From a virus, in the IMG/VR virus record IMGVR_UViG_3300027704_000015, positions 1-64,000 of that record: DNA of 64,000 nucleotides; one strand, 5' to 3'. The position numbers were made by a program, and so were the translations under genes. Below the pieces are notes generated by a model. The model did no database searches. It had not been told where the DNA came from and saw only the letters and a list, made by a program, of their open reading frames with translations. Of this stretch, positions 18,895 to 28,372 are shown in pieces. Position 1 is the stretch's first letter. Each line of letters begins with the position of its first letter.

Positions 18895-20012
18895 AAAAGT
18901 TATTAATAATACTATTTGCAGTGATTAGCTTACAAGTTAGTGCGCAAGAAAAACAGGACAAACATATAAAAAAATTATTCCAGAATGAATATGTAAAAGA
19001 TCTACTTAAATTTGGTACAATATATGGTGCTGTTAACGGAGGTACATCATTATCTGATAGAGATGTTTACTCAGTAACTAATGGTTTACAGACATCTGTT
19101 ATTGAAACACCTTATGATTATTCCGTATTATTTGGAATAAGAAAGATCAAGAAATTTGGATACGAAGACAAAGAAAGATTTAAGAATGGTACTGAAAACT
19201 CATTTACAGATGCAGCTACTATTGGTAGATGGACAAATAAAATTGAATTCTTAGTTCAGGGTGAATATAAAAGACAGCAAGGCGAATCTTATTTAGATCA
19301 ACATCATTTTATTAGATATGTTGGCGATGATGGTTGTAGTAATAAAAACTGCTGGAGACATTACATAGTAAAAATTGAATACCTTGAAGATGGTTTTGCT
19401 GATATAAAATACTTTGAAGCTTCAGAAAGATTTACATATAAACACCCATCTTTTAAAAATTTAACATTTAACTTTGGAGCTGCTCAGAGATTAGCAGAAC
19501 CTTATGGTTATGATCCGTTAGAAGAGTGGATATTATCTACTGGTAATTTACATTATACTCAACTTGCAATAGAAGAAGGTTACAATATTATCTTTGATGG
19601 TAACAATGGAGTAGAATATCTAGATCCTTCAGGAGATCAAGTGGCTACAAGTACTGAGGTATGGGAAGCAGTTGTTATACCAACAGTAATAGCAAACTAT
19701 GCAGAACGTAAACGAAATGAGTTAGAAAATACTATGCAACACTCTTTAGTATTTGGAGCAGATTATTACAAATATGAAAAAAAGAGTTGGCTACATGCAT
19801 GGGGTAATATAATGCCTTACCATTATGATGCAGGTGGAGAATTTAGTTATCATAAATTTATTGGAGGACAATGGTTAGATTATTCGGCAGGTATAGTTTA
19901 TGGTCATTGGTACAATAAAAACTTAGGTATATTTTTAGAAGGAACTTATAACAGATATTGGAATAGAGAATGGCACGGGTTTAGTGCTGGAGTAAATTAC
20001 AGAGTATTTTAG
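18891..20012 (+). CDS. Putative outer-membrane beta-barrel protein
   Basis: Signal peptide VSA-Q; aromatic-rich; C-terminal GVNYRVF. Confidence 0.65.
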   Translation: MKKLLIILFAVISLQVSAQEKQDKHIKKLFQNEYVKDLLKFGTIYGAVNGGTSLSDRDVYSVTNGLQTSVIETPYDYSVLFGIRKIKKFGYEDKERFKNGTENSFTDAATIGRWTNKIEFLVQGEYKRQQGESYLDQHHFIRYVGDDGCSNKNCWRHYIVKIEYLEDGFADIKYFEASERFTYKHPSFKNLTFNFGAAQRLAEPYGYDPLEEWILSTGNLHYTQLAIEEGYNIIFDGNNGVEYLDPSGDQVATSTEVWEAVVIPTVIANYAERKRNELENTMQHSLVFGADYYKYEKKSWLHAWGNIMPYHYDAGGEFSYHKFIGGQWLDYSAGIVYGHWYNKNLGIFLEGTYNRYWNREWHGFSAGVNYRVF

Positions 20013-20023
20013 AGGAAAGAACA

Positions 20024-20308
20024 ATGGCAAAAGAATTAAACGAAGACACAGGGGTAACAGTAAGCATAAAAACATTAGGTGGAATTGCAGCTTTAATAGC
20101 AACAGTTGTAGGTATGTGGTTTGCATTACAAGCCGACATCGAAGAAGCAAAACTACTTCCAGAACCTCAAGCTCCTGTAATTAGTCGTATGGAATTCGAT
20201 ATGAAAGATAAGTTGGTACGACAAACTATTATGACAACTCAAGAGGATGTTAAAGAAATTAAGGTACAACTTGATAAATTAAATGATAAGATTGATAGAT
20301 TAAGATAG
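20024..20308 (+). CDS. Single-TM coiled-coil protein
   Basis: Hydrophobic helix then heptad-rich C-terminus. Confidence 0.55.
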   Translation: MAKELNEDTGVTVSIKTLGGIAALIATVVGMWFALQADIEEAKLLPEPQAPVISRMEFDMKDKLVRQTIMTTQEDVKEIKVQLDKLNDKIDRLR

Positions 20309-20309
20309 T

Positions 20310-20660
20310 ATGAAACTATTAAAAACTAATATTTGTTTAACATCTAGAGTATCACTATTAACAATAGCTGCGTTATTAGTGAGTACATTAGTTATAGCAA
20401 GTGTATATAGAACTACATTAGTTATTGAAGACGTTAATGAAGAAGAGGTAGAGGTTTGGATACCAACAATAGAAGATATAGCTTTCCAAGACTCAATGTA
20501 TGCTATAATAGAGCGAACTCAATTAGATTTGGATACTATTAGATCAGGTATAGATAGAATACTATATAAACTTGAAAGATTTGATTACCCAGATGGCACG
20601 TATGATAGTATACGATATGTTGCTGGTGGTAAGATTGACAAACGCAGAAATAAGAGGTAG
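20310..20660 (+). CDS. Membrane-anchored hypothetical protein
   Basis: N-terminal hydrophobic helix. Confidence 0.5.
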   Translation: MKLLKTNICLTSRVSLLTIAALLVSTLVIASVYRTTLVIEDVNEEEVEVWIPTIEDIAFQDSMYAIIERTQLDLDTIRSGIDRILYKLERFDYPDGTYDSIRYVAGGKIDKRRNKR

Positions 20661-20668
20661 AGTAGACA

Positions 20669-21049
20669 ATGAATAAAGATTATACAATATGGAAATTAAT
20701 GGCAGGGTATATATTAATACTATTATTAATGTTGATATCAGTTACAGCTAATGGACAATCCCCATGTGGAAGTGATGGATTATGTGTAGTACAATTTAAT
20801 GCAGGTTTTAACGAAGGCAATAAAGTAACATGGGTAGGTAACTTAGAGGAATGTGAAACATCATTTATAGACATAGGTACAGATGCAAAAGCTTCAGGTA
20901 AATATAAGATTGTAGTTATACCTACGATACTTATATTCAATGGAGACGAAGAGATAGGTAGATATCAAGCAAATATAATGATGGTGATGGAAGCTAAACA
21001 ATCAGATATACAAGGTAAAATCGATGAAATAATCATGGATGCCTTTTAA
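20669..21049 (+). CDS. Secreted thioredoxin-fold protein lacking CxxC
   Basis: Signal peptide; VVQFNA.., KYKIVVIPTILIFNGDEEIGR (cis-Pro strand of Trx fold). Confidence 0.55.
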   Translation: MNKDYTIWKLMAGYILILLLMLISVTANGQSPCGSDGLCVVQFNAGFNEGNKVTWVGNLEECETSFIDIGTDAKASGKYKIVVIPTILIFNGDEEIGRYQANIMMVMEAKQSDIQGKIDEIIMDAF

Positions 21050-21064
21050 CTTAGGAGATATATA

Positions 21065-21289
21065 ATGAGTTGGAAAGAAATATTTAAAGATGGGAATGAT
21101 TACAATGAAAAATCGATAGTAGGTTTTTTAGCTTTTTTTGTAATGGTGATAGTGATGTTGGCTGATGTTATTACTGGATGGACAGGAGCAGATTTAGTAA
21201 TAAACGAAGCTATATACAATTCATTTGTAATGGTTGTATTAGGATGTTTTGGGATAGCTGGACTTGAAAAATTTGCAAATAGAAAGTAA
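21065..21289 (+). CDS. Small two-TM protein (holin-like candidate)
   Basis: 74 aa, two hydrophobic helices, basic C-terminus. Confidence 0.45.
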   Translation: MSWKEIFKDGNDYNEKSIVGFLAFFVMVIVMLADVITGWTGADLVINEAIYNSFVMVVLGCFGIAGLEKFANRK

Positions 21290-21322
21290 TTATATAATAG
21301 CACTGTCTTATTCATTAAACAT

Positions 21323-21339
21323 CTATTTATTATAGATAA
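21323..21339 (+). promoter_or_regulatory. Candidate late promoter CTATTTATTATAGATAA
   Basis: Identical to 8609-8625. Confidence 0.5.
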
Positions 21340-21374
21340 GCAACGTATGAATAGGTTTATTAAAGAGGAAGGAT

Positions 21375-21626
21375 ATGTCAAAATTAGCACAAATGTTAGC
21401 AAATAGTAAATCACCAACTACAATGGTTACCAACGCAGATGTCTTTGCTCAAGAAACTGGTTTAGGTTTAGGTGGTATGACATCCAAAATTACACCACTT
21501 GGTAAGGTAGGTCCATTAGCACAAGAAGGAACTGCAGGGCTATCAAGTATGAGTTCAACATATCAAAGCAGTCCAGGAGGAACAATAACACCAGCAGGTG
21601 AAAGCAGTCCTGTAAAAACAACATAA
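21375..21626 (+). CDS. Hypothetical Ser/Thr/Gly-rich protein
   Basis: ORF with GAGGAAGG upstream. Confidence 0.5.
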   Translation: MSKLAQMLANSKSPTTMVTNADVFAQETGLGLGGMTSKITPLGKVGPLAQEGTAGLSSMSSTYQSSPGGTITPAGESSPVKTT

Positions 21627-21636
21627 AGGGAAAACA

Positions 21637-21990
21637 ATGAGTAAAGAAAAATTTAGTATAAATAATTGGAGAAAGAAACGCGTACTTAAAGAAGGTGTAG
21701 GTGGAGTAGTTTCTAGAAATCCATTCAAAAAAATGCAAGGAATGTGGTTTACAGAAGCTGTAGATCATATTGATGATAAGGAAGCTGATACTGATTATGA
21801 TAATCTTGAGGATAAAGATGTTGATAATGATGGTGATCATGATGCTTCAGATAAATACCTTCATAAACGTCAAGGTAAAGTTGCTAAAGTAACTGAAAAT
21901 GAATTAGAAGAAGAAATGTCTGATGAAGAATTTAATATTCAAGAATGGCAAAAGAAGTTCCTTGATAAACGTAATTTGAAATGGGGATAA
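21637..21990 (+). CDS. Acidic leader-family protein with DxDxDGD (Ca-binding-like) motif
   Basis: FSINNWR at N-terminus and FNIQEWQKK at C-terminus; DVDNDGDHD. Confidence 0.55.
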   Translation: MSKEKFSINNWRKKRVLKEGVGGVVSRNPFKKMQGMWFTEAVDHIDDKEADTDYDNLEDKDVDNDGDHDASDKYLHKRQGKVAKVTENELEEEMSDEEFNIQEWQKKFLDKRNLKWG

Positions 21991-21991
21991 T

Positions 21992-22333
21992 ATGATAAAT
22001 CTTAAAAAATTATTAAGCGAAAATGTTTTAGGTGATCTACCTTCTTCAAAGTTAATGAAGATGAAATGGAATCCTGTAACTGAAGCTACACAAGATGCTC
22101 CGGAGCATTCAGAGTTAGAAGAAGCTGCATTCAGTTTGAATGAAGCCTTTGCTACATGGAAAATGCAATTTGCACCAATGACATTATCAGGTGTAACATT
22201 AGATCCAAAGAAAACTTTCACAGTAAAAGCTAGATCAACAGTTGAAGCAATTAAAAAGGCATCTAAAGCAGCTGGTATTACTGGTGATGGTTGGATGGCA
22301 ACTCAAACACATAAATTAGTAAAAGTAGGATAA
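21992..22333 (+). CDS. Leader-bearing hypothetical protein
   Basis: MINLKKLLSE leader; internal VTE, LEE, LNE sites. Confidence 0.6.
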   Translation: MINLKKLLSENVLGDLPSSKLMKMKWNPVTEATQDAPEHSELEEAAFSLNEAFATWKMQFAPMTLSGVTLDPKKTFTVKARSTVEAIKKASKAAGITGDGWMATQTHKLVKVG

Positions 22334-22386
22334 AGTAACGACCGAAACACGGTTATAGTATTAACAATTAATAAAGGAGAAATACA

Positions 22387-22569
22387 ATGAGTACAGTAGA
22401 TTTATACACTTCGTTAGATGGTTTATGGGAAACATTCCAAGAAAATCATAGAAAACATAACGATAAGAATAATAAAGCAGCTGCACAGAGAGCTAGAAAA
22501 TCTTTAGGTGATATCAAGAAATTGGTAACTGAATATAGAAAAGCATCTGTTGAAGAATGCAAAAAATAA
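22387..22569 (+). CDS. Histone H1-like Hc1-family small DNA-binding protein
   Basis: NKAAAQRARKSLGDIKKLVTEYRKAS resembles the Bacteroidota Hc1-like motif. Confidence 0.65.
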   Translation: MSTVDLYTSLDGLWETFQENHRKHNDKNNKAAAQRARKSLGDIKKLVTEYRKASVEECKK

Positions 22570-22646
22570 AGAAGACACTAAGGGCTTCCTAAAAGTTCGT
22601 TAAGAGATCATAAGAATTCTCCAAGAACATATCTAGGAGAATTTTT

Positions 22647-22979
22647 ATGGTTAAACGAGTTACAACAGACGGACATAGTTTCTCACGAGACGAATATAAA
22701 TGGGAGTATGCTAACTTCCATTGGGATAAAGCAACTGGTGATGGTTATGAATGGGATGATGTAGTACTTATCAAAGAAATTTGGACAGGTAATACATATC
22801 AAGCAGTTGAAGCATTACCAGAGGAAAAAAAGAAGAAGCTTGTACGACTTGTAATGCGTAGGAGAGGTATTAAGTTATATGATGAATATAAAGAAGTATC
22901 TAACATTACAGCAAGTATTGAAGATATTAAATTGATAATTAAAGAAGTTAAAGTTAAAGTAAAGGTTGAGCTAGTATAG
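22647..22979 (+). CDS. Hypothetical phage protein
   Basis: ORF with AGGAG upstream, coupled to next gene. Confidence 0.55.
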   Translation: MVKRVTTDGHSFSRDEYKWEYANFHWDKATGDGYEWDDVVLIKEIWTGNTYQAVEALPEEKKKKLVRLVMRRRGIKLYDEYKEVSNITASIEDIKLIIKEVKVKVKVELV

Positions 22980-23792
22980 ATGGCAATTTCGGATAAAGTA
23001 CTCTCAGAAATACAGGTAAAATTAGCCAAGCTATATGGTTCTGAAATACTTATTCTTAATGGTTCAGATTTAACTTTTATTGCAGCTACAGGTTTTGTAA
23101 CTGGATCTGACGGATTAAATGGTTCTGCTTGGACTGATTATAGAACTGCTTTAGAGATTGCAGATGGAACAGAATTTGATCCTAAAGAATATCTACAAAT
23201 AATTACCAAGCTCGGTATTAGAGGTGAGAAAGCTCTAGAAGCAAGTTTACAGGAGCGAAAGGTAAGATCTTTAAAGGACGCAACTGGAGCAGCAGCAGAG
23301 GCTAAGAAAGATCAATATGTTAAGCTATTTAGAGGTAGAGCGTTATTTACAGCTCCTGCTGATCTGAAAGGTGTTGATGTATCATTATCTGGGTCAGCAT
23401 TATTCATAGATTATGACGACTTATCTGATGCGGTAGAAGCAGAACTTGATTCTAAAATGATTGAAGAAACCAACATCTCTAAAATAATGATGCCTTCTGG
23501 TTCAGTTGCAACTCTAGGTGATCTTACATATATACAGGTAAAGGAAGGTAGAGAGGTTGCTAGAAGATCAATGCAAGCTCAAGGATTTAAAATTAGTAGA
23601 AAGAATTTAAGAGCTAAACCAAACGCTAGAGGTACTAGAGGTAGATTTAATGTATTTAATAATCATCAAGAGCAATTCTACGCTACAGGTTCATGGAAAA
23701 CTGGTACAGGTGGACCTAGAATACAAGGACATGCAGGTGGGGCTGAAAGTTGCGCATTTGTAATTATTCACAGATCGGGATCGAGAGGATAG
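22980..23792 (+). CDS. Hypothetical phage protein
   Basis: 270-aa ORF in operon. Confidence 0.55.
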   Translation: MAISDKVLSEIQVKLAKLYGSEILILNGSDLTFIAATGFVTGSDGLNGSAWTDYRTALEIADGTEFDPKEYLQIITKLGIRGEKALEASLQERKVRSLKDATGAAAEAKKDQYVKLFRGRALFTAPADLKGVDVSLSGSALFIDYDDLSDAVEAELDSKMIEETNISKIMMPSGSVATLGDLTYIQVKEGREVARRSMQAQGFKISRKNLRAKPNARGTRGRFNVFNNHQEQFYATGSWKTGTGGPRIQGHAGGAESCAFVIIHRSGSRG

Positions 23793-23799
23793 AGGAAAT

Positions 23800-24381
23800 A
23801 TGTATAAATTATTTACAGATAAAAAAGAAGTATTTGAGTGTGACCTAAAATTATCAGGAGCATCTCTAGACAAATCTAATGTACGGTTAGTAGTTGAATC
23901 AGCAGATATAAATTTGTTATTCAAAGGGAAAATCGATTCAACTGGTAAGTGTGTTGTACCTGTTAAACGTCTAAGTGGACTACTAGGTGAGAGTACTACG
24001 GGAACACTACGGCTTGAAGTAATAGCAGATGATACATTCTTCACACCGTGGGAGAGTGAGTTTGTAGTTGAAACTAGTAAGAAAGTAACAATAGAGGTTA
24101 AGTCTCAAAACAAAACTCGAATAGTTGAAACTCAAAAACCAGTGATCCAAGTTGCAAATATTAAAAATATAGCACCAGCTAAGATACTAAAAGAATCAAC
24201 GCATATAGTTCGCATACTCAAGCAGTTGATAAAAGAGAAGGTAACTCTTAAAAACATGCCAAGCAAGAAAAAAATAGTGAATAGAGTGATAGCAAACTAT
24301 TCAAAAAAATATACGATTACAGAATCAAAACAAAAAAGGATTATTGATGGAATAGTCAAGGTTTTATCTAAACGTAAATAA
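23800..24381 (+). CDS. Hypothetical (probably structural) phage protein
   Basis: Beta-rich N-domain, ILKE/ITE sites in C-terminal part. Confidence 0.5.
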   Translation: MYKLFTDKKEVFECDLKLSGASLDKSNVRLVVESADINLLFKGKIDSTGKCVVPVKRLSGLLGESTTGTLRLEVIADDTFFTPWESEFVVETSKKVTIEVKSQNKTRIVETQKPVIQVANIKNIAPAKILKESTHIVRILKQLIKEKVTLKNMPSKKKIVNRVIANYSKKYTITESKQKRIIDGIVKVLSKRK

Positions 24382-24394
24382 AAGGTTATAAAAT

Positions 24395-25585
24395 ATGCCA
24401 AACACATTATTCGGCACAAACATTTCAGATACTTACCAGAAACTGGTACAAGTAGAGAATGGACAAGTATCAGATGGAACTGGTAGTCTTCTCCCTATCT
24501 CATTTAACGGTAATGATGTCACTATCATAGGTACATTGCACGCTACTTCTATATCATCTTCTCGAGTAACATCTTCGATAATTTATACAAGTGGATCAAG
24601 TACATTTGGTGATGAAGCAACTGATACACACACATTCTTAGGATCAATAACAGCCTCAGGTAATATAAGTTCAAGTGGTAATGTTTATGGAACTAATATT
24701 TATGGTGTATCTACCCTTAGATTACATGATGCTATTGGATTATCTAGAAATGTTATTTCTAACGGATCTGATGATAAAAGAGTTGAAGTAGGTAACGTAT
24801 TTATGACAAGTGGGGTGTCATTAATAGGTAACGTAACAGCATCAGGTAATATAAGTTCTAGTGGTTATATTCAGACAACAGAATTAAGAGGAGCTGGAGA
24901 TGGCGTTACACAATTAAATGTGCAAGGTCAAATAACAGCCTCAGGTAATATAACTGCAAGTCAAGTGTATGAAAGCACACTTTATCAATGGGAAGCAACT
25001 GCAAGATCTGATACAAATGATGATACAAACTGGCAAGGACCTAATGGATATGGTATCCATACAAGAGCTGATTGGAATCAAGATTATGGGACTGATTATG
25101 ACGATCCAAGTTCAACAAATGCAGAATCTAGATTATACATGAATACAGGGTGGAGGATACCTAATCAAGCAAATTACTCGTGTAGTATAAAATCAATGGA
25201 TGTATATGTTGGGCACAACACAAATGATAATCATATATCAGCAAGTCAGAATTTCTCGTGCACTCTATGGTACTCAAAAAATTCAGATCTAACTGGTGAA
25301 ATAAATGTATTAGGCTCTAGTCCAGGTAGTTTTACTCAAAGACACGCTACTACAATTAGCTCTAGTCAGTTTAAAGCACCTGACGAAGCGTTCTTTAAAT
25401 ATAACAATTACTATGTATCAGCTTCAAACATGGACTTAAATTTAGCACCAGGTTCTATTATATTTCCTAGAATTAAATCAGTAGGTAATTTGAATCCAGA
25501 TCGAACTAATGATCCAACACCTAACCAGACAGGCTCAGTGCTTAATATACACTGGATAGTTAATTATGCAAAAACACCACTATAG
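24395..25585 (+). CDS. Tail fibre/adhesin-like protein
   Basis: Gly/Ser/Thr-rich; three (I/V)TASGNI repeats; distinct C-terminal domain. Confidence 0.6.
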   Translation: MPNTLFGTNISDTYQKLVQVENGQVSDGTGSLLPISFNGNDVTIIGTLHATSISSSRVTSSIIYTSGSSTFGDEATDTHTFLGSITASGNISSSGNVYGTNIYGVSTLRLHDAIGLSRNVISNGSDDKRVEVGNVFMTSGVSLIGNVTASGNISSSGYIQTTELRGAGDGVTQLNVQGQITASGNITASQVYESTLYQWEATARSDTNDDTNWQGPNGYGIHTRADWNQDYGTDYDDPSSTNAESRLYMNTGWRIPNQANYSCSIKSMDVYVGHNTNDNHISASQNFSCTLWYSKNSDLTGEINVLGSSPGSFTQRHATTISSSQFKAPDEAFFKYNNYYVSASNMDLNLAPGSIIFPRIKSVGNLNPDRTNDPTPNQTGSVLNIHWIVNYAKTPL

Positions 25586-25596
25586 GAGATGAAGTA

Positions 25597-27234
25597 ATGG
25601 GAAAACCAAATGAATTTATAGAAAGTGATAATCAAGCTGGATTTGGCGGAATAGGAAGACCTAATGATCCTAAAGGTATATTTGTTATTCCTACAGGGAG
25701 TGCATCAATACTTGGTACATCTAGTTCTATTAAAGCAGGAGAAGTAGGTTCAACTAAAGATACGTTAACTTTATTAAGTGCATTTAATACAGGAGATTCT
25801 TATGAAGAAGCATGGCATGAACCGGTGCATTTTTTATATAAAAAGGTAACTCAATTAGCACATGGTATAAACCGAGTAGGGGATGCACAATCAAATATAT
25901 CATCTTCAACTGCTAACAAGGATCGAGATGATAGAGATATAGTAGATGCAACTGTGCGAATTACAGGTAATCAAGATATAGCTGGAATTAAAACATTTAG
26001 TAATAGTATAGTATTAAATGGTCAATTAACTGGTGACGGAGCAACTAACATCACTAATTTTAATAATGCAAATTTACTAGGAACACTTAATGTTGCATCT
26101 ACAACTTGGTTAGGAAATCCTTATCTAGATAATTCTTCTAAAACTCGATTTAGTGGTGCAAAGGTTATTGTCAATGGAAATATGTACTTATCAGGTAATG
26201 TATCATCTTCTGGAGCAATTAGTAGCTCTAAAGGATTACTCGCAGGTAGTTTAGTTATCAGAAACAACAAAGTACAAAAAGTATCTATATTAAATAGCCA
26301 TATAACAGCCTCAGGTAATATAAGTTCAAGTGGTACCATCTATGCAAACACCTTTAATGGTATGTTTAGTGGTTCTTCACAAACTGATCATGATGCAGCT
26401 ACAAATTTTGTAGCAAACGAACATATAGATCACTCAGAAATAAGTGTAGCAGCAGGAACTGGTTTAACTGGGGGAGGTACTATAGCAGCTAATAGAACTT
26501 TAAATGTAATAGGGGGTGATGGTATAACAGCTAATGCAAATGATATAGCAGTAACTGCAGCTCAAACTACTATTACATCCATGTATGCAACCGATTTAAA
26601 AATTGGTGAGGATGCAGAAACAGCAATAGACTTTGAAACAGTTAATGAAATACATTTTGATGCAAACAATTCTGAAGTAATGAAGGTACGAGCAGGTGGT
26701 GTTGAAATAACAGGACAAGTGACTGCTTCATCAAATATAAGTGCACTTGGATTAAAAGTTGCATCAACAATTACAGGATCAATATCATCTTATAAAGGTT
26801 CAGCAACTGATTATATCTTAACACCTAATGATTTTAATCAAGTAGTTCTTAATGAAGATGGAAATGGCGTTTTAATACCTGATGCATTAGGTAGATTTAG
26901 TTCACCTAGTGTAGTAGGAACAATAATTGCACAGATAACTATACCTCAAGGATTGATACCAACACATGTAAGCCTGATACCTAGTACCACAGCTCAAACA
27001 AATAGGAACACCAAGTTTGCATTATATCATAACTTGTTTTCAGATAGTTCTACTGTAACTGCAATAGATGGAAGCATAAATAATGCTGGTGTTCCAATAA
27101 CTAAAAAATGTACGATAAGAGCATCAAATTCTTTGTTATTTCTTAATGCAGCATCATACCTAACTATTGCCCTCAGATTTGGAGCTACAAGTGATCAAAT
27201 AGCTGGAGCAAGTATTACCATGAGGCATAGATAA
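25597..27234 (+). CDS. Tail fibre-like protein
   Basis: GNQDIAGIKTF, ITASGNISSSG, AGTGLTGGG fibre-type motifs. Confidence 0.65.
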   Translation: MGKPNEFIESDNQAGFGGIGRPNDPKGIFVIPTGSASILGTSSSIKAGEVGSTKDTLTLLSAFNTGDSYEEAWHEPVHFLYKKVTQLAHGINRVGDAQSNISSSTANKDRDDRDIVDATVRITGNQDIAGIKTFSNSIVLNGQLTGDGATNITNFNNANLLGTLNVASTTWLGNPYLDNSSKTRFSGAKVIVNGNMYLSGNVSSSGAISSSKGLLAGSLVIRNNKVQKVSILNSHITASGNISSSGTIYANTFNGMFSGSSQTDHDAATNFVANEHIDHSEISVAAGTGLTGGGTIAANRTLNVIGGDGITANANDIAVTAAQTTITSMYATDLKIGEDAETAIDFETVNEIHFDANNSEVMKVRAGGVEITGQVTASSNISALGLKVASTITGSISSYKGSATDYILTPNDFNQVVLNEDGNGVLIPDALGRFSSPSVVGTIIAQITIPQGLIPTHVSLIPSTTAQTNRNTKFALYHNLFSDSSTVTAIDGSINNAGVPITKKCTIRASNSLLFLNAASYLTIALRFGATSDQIAGASITMRHR

Positions 27235-27235
27235 T

Positions 27236-27706
27236 ATGGCAACAGTATCAGGGTATTCATCAGTAGAGGAGTTATCAGTAATAGATGGTAGTATCTTAAG
27301 AGCTCAAGAGGTTGTTCTAGAAGATTATCAACTTACAGTACCTGCAAATGCAACTATTAAAGGTATAACAGTAGTGTGGACAGGTGCATACTCATCAAAA
27401 GTTCCTAATCCAGTACAATCAATGACAGTAACTTATGATGGTGCAGGCTTAGATAGCAATGCATTGCAAGCGGATTTACATGCTATATACCAACCTATAG
27501 CTACAGTGAAGTTTGGAGGTTCAACTGAACTATGGGGGTTAACTTGGACTGCAGCCCAAGCAGCTGCAATTGTTACAAATTTTAATATTGATGAAGGTAC
27601 AGCTTACCATGATGCATTTGAAGTTATAATTAACTACACAACACCTGATCAAATAACTATTAGTAAAGGAAGTATTCAGTTATCTACTGGAAATTTAACA
27701 ATCTAG
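27236..27706 (+). CDS. Hypothetical beta-rich virion protein
   Basis: FGGSTELWGLTWT; follows fibre genes. Confidence 0.5.
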   Translation: MATVSGYSSVEELSVIDGSILRAQEVVLEDYQLTVPANATIKGITVVWTGAYSSKVPNPVQSMTVTYDGAGLDSNALQADLHAIYQPIATVKFGGSTELWGLTWTAAQAAAIVTNFNIDEGTAYHDAFEVIINYTTPDQITISKGSIQLSTGNLTI

Positions 27707-27737
27707 TTGTTTAATTAAGATATTTTCCGTATATTTA
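27705..27737 (+). promoter_or_regulatory. Bacteroidota-type promoter
   Basis: agTTG-N20-TATATTTA. Confidence 0.7.
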
Positions 27738-27742
27738 TATAA

Positions 27743-28330
27743 ATGGATACAGAAACTAAACTCACAGCAGGTATATTTACATTTATTTTCATGTGTTTAG
27801 TTATGTATTATATTAACTATCAAGACGAATTATTAATTAATACAATTCAATCTCATGAGATTGAGCTGAACGAGGTAATAAATCAACATGAAACAATTAA
27901 CATAAAATATGACAGCTTATTAAATATAATTGATAGCTTACCTTTAGGATCCCCATTAGATACATTAGAAGTATCAAGTGAGTATGGATGGAGGAGAAAT
28001 CCAATAAGGACAGGTTGGCAGATGCATGGAGGAACAGATTATCTAGCAGCATGGCAAGACACAGTTTATGCAACAGGGAGTGGTATAGTTAGAAGAGCTA
28101 GATGGAATGCAGGATATGGTAGATGTATTATGATTGACCATACATGGGGGTATCAATCAACATATGCTCATTTATACAGATACTTTGTAAGAAGAGGTGA
28201 TACAGTTAGTAAAGGACAACCTATAGCAAGGGCAGGGAACTCAGGAGCTGTAACAGGTCCTCATTTGCACTATGAAGTAAGAAGGTATGGAAAAAGAGCA
28301 AATCCCTCACTGTTTGTGTTGGATAATTGA
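27743..28330 (+). CDS. M23-family peptidoglycan endopeptidase, membrane-anchored
   Basis: HGGTD (HxxxD), YAHL, GPHLHYEVR (HxH); N-terminal TM. Confidence 0.92.
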   Translation: MDTETKLTAGIFTFIFMCLVMYYINYQDELLINTIQSHEIELNEVINQHETINIKYDSLLNIIDSLPLGSPLDTLEVSSEYGWRRNPIRTGWQMHGGTDYLAAWQDTVYATGSGIVRRARWNAGYGRCIMIDHTWGYQSTYAHLYRYFVRRGDTVSKGQPIARAGNSGAVTGPHLHYEVRRYGKRANPSLFVLDN

Positions 28331-28349
28331 TAAAAAGTTCGTATATTTA
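28317..28349 (+). promoter_or_regulatory. Bacteroidota-type promoter
   Basis: gTTG-N20-TATATTTA. Confidence 0.6.
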
Positions 28350-28372
28350 ATATAAATAAAGATGGATAATAG

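Noticed and set aside
24647-26335. Diversity-generating retroelement TR/VR pair
   Set aside because: No reverse transcriptase in window; copies identical, no adenine-specific variation
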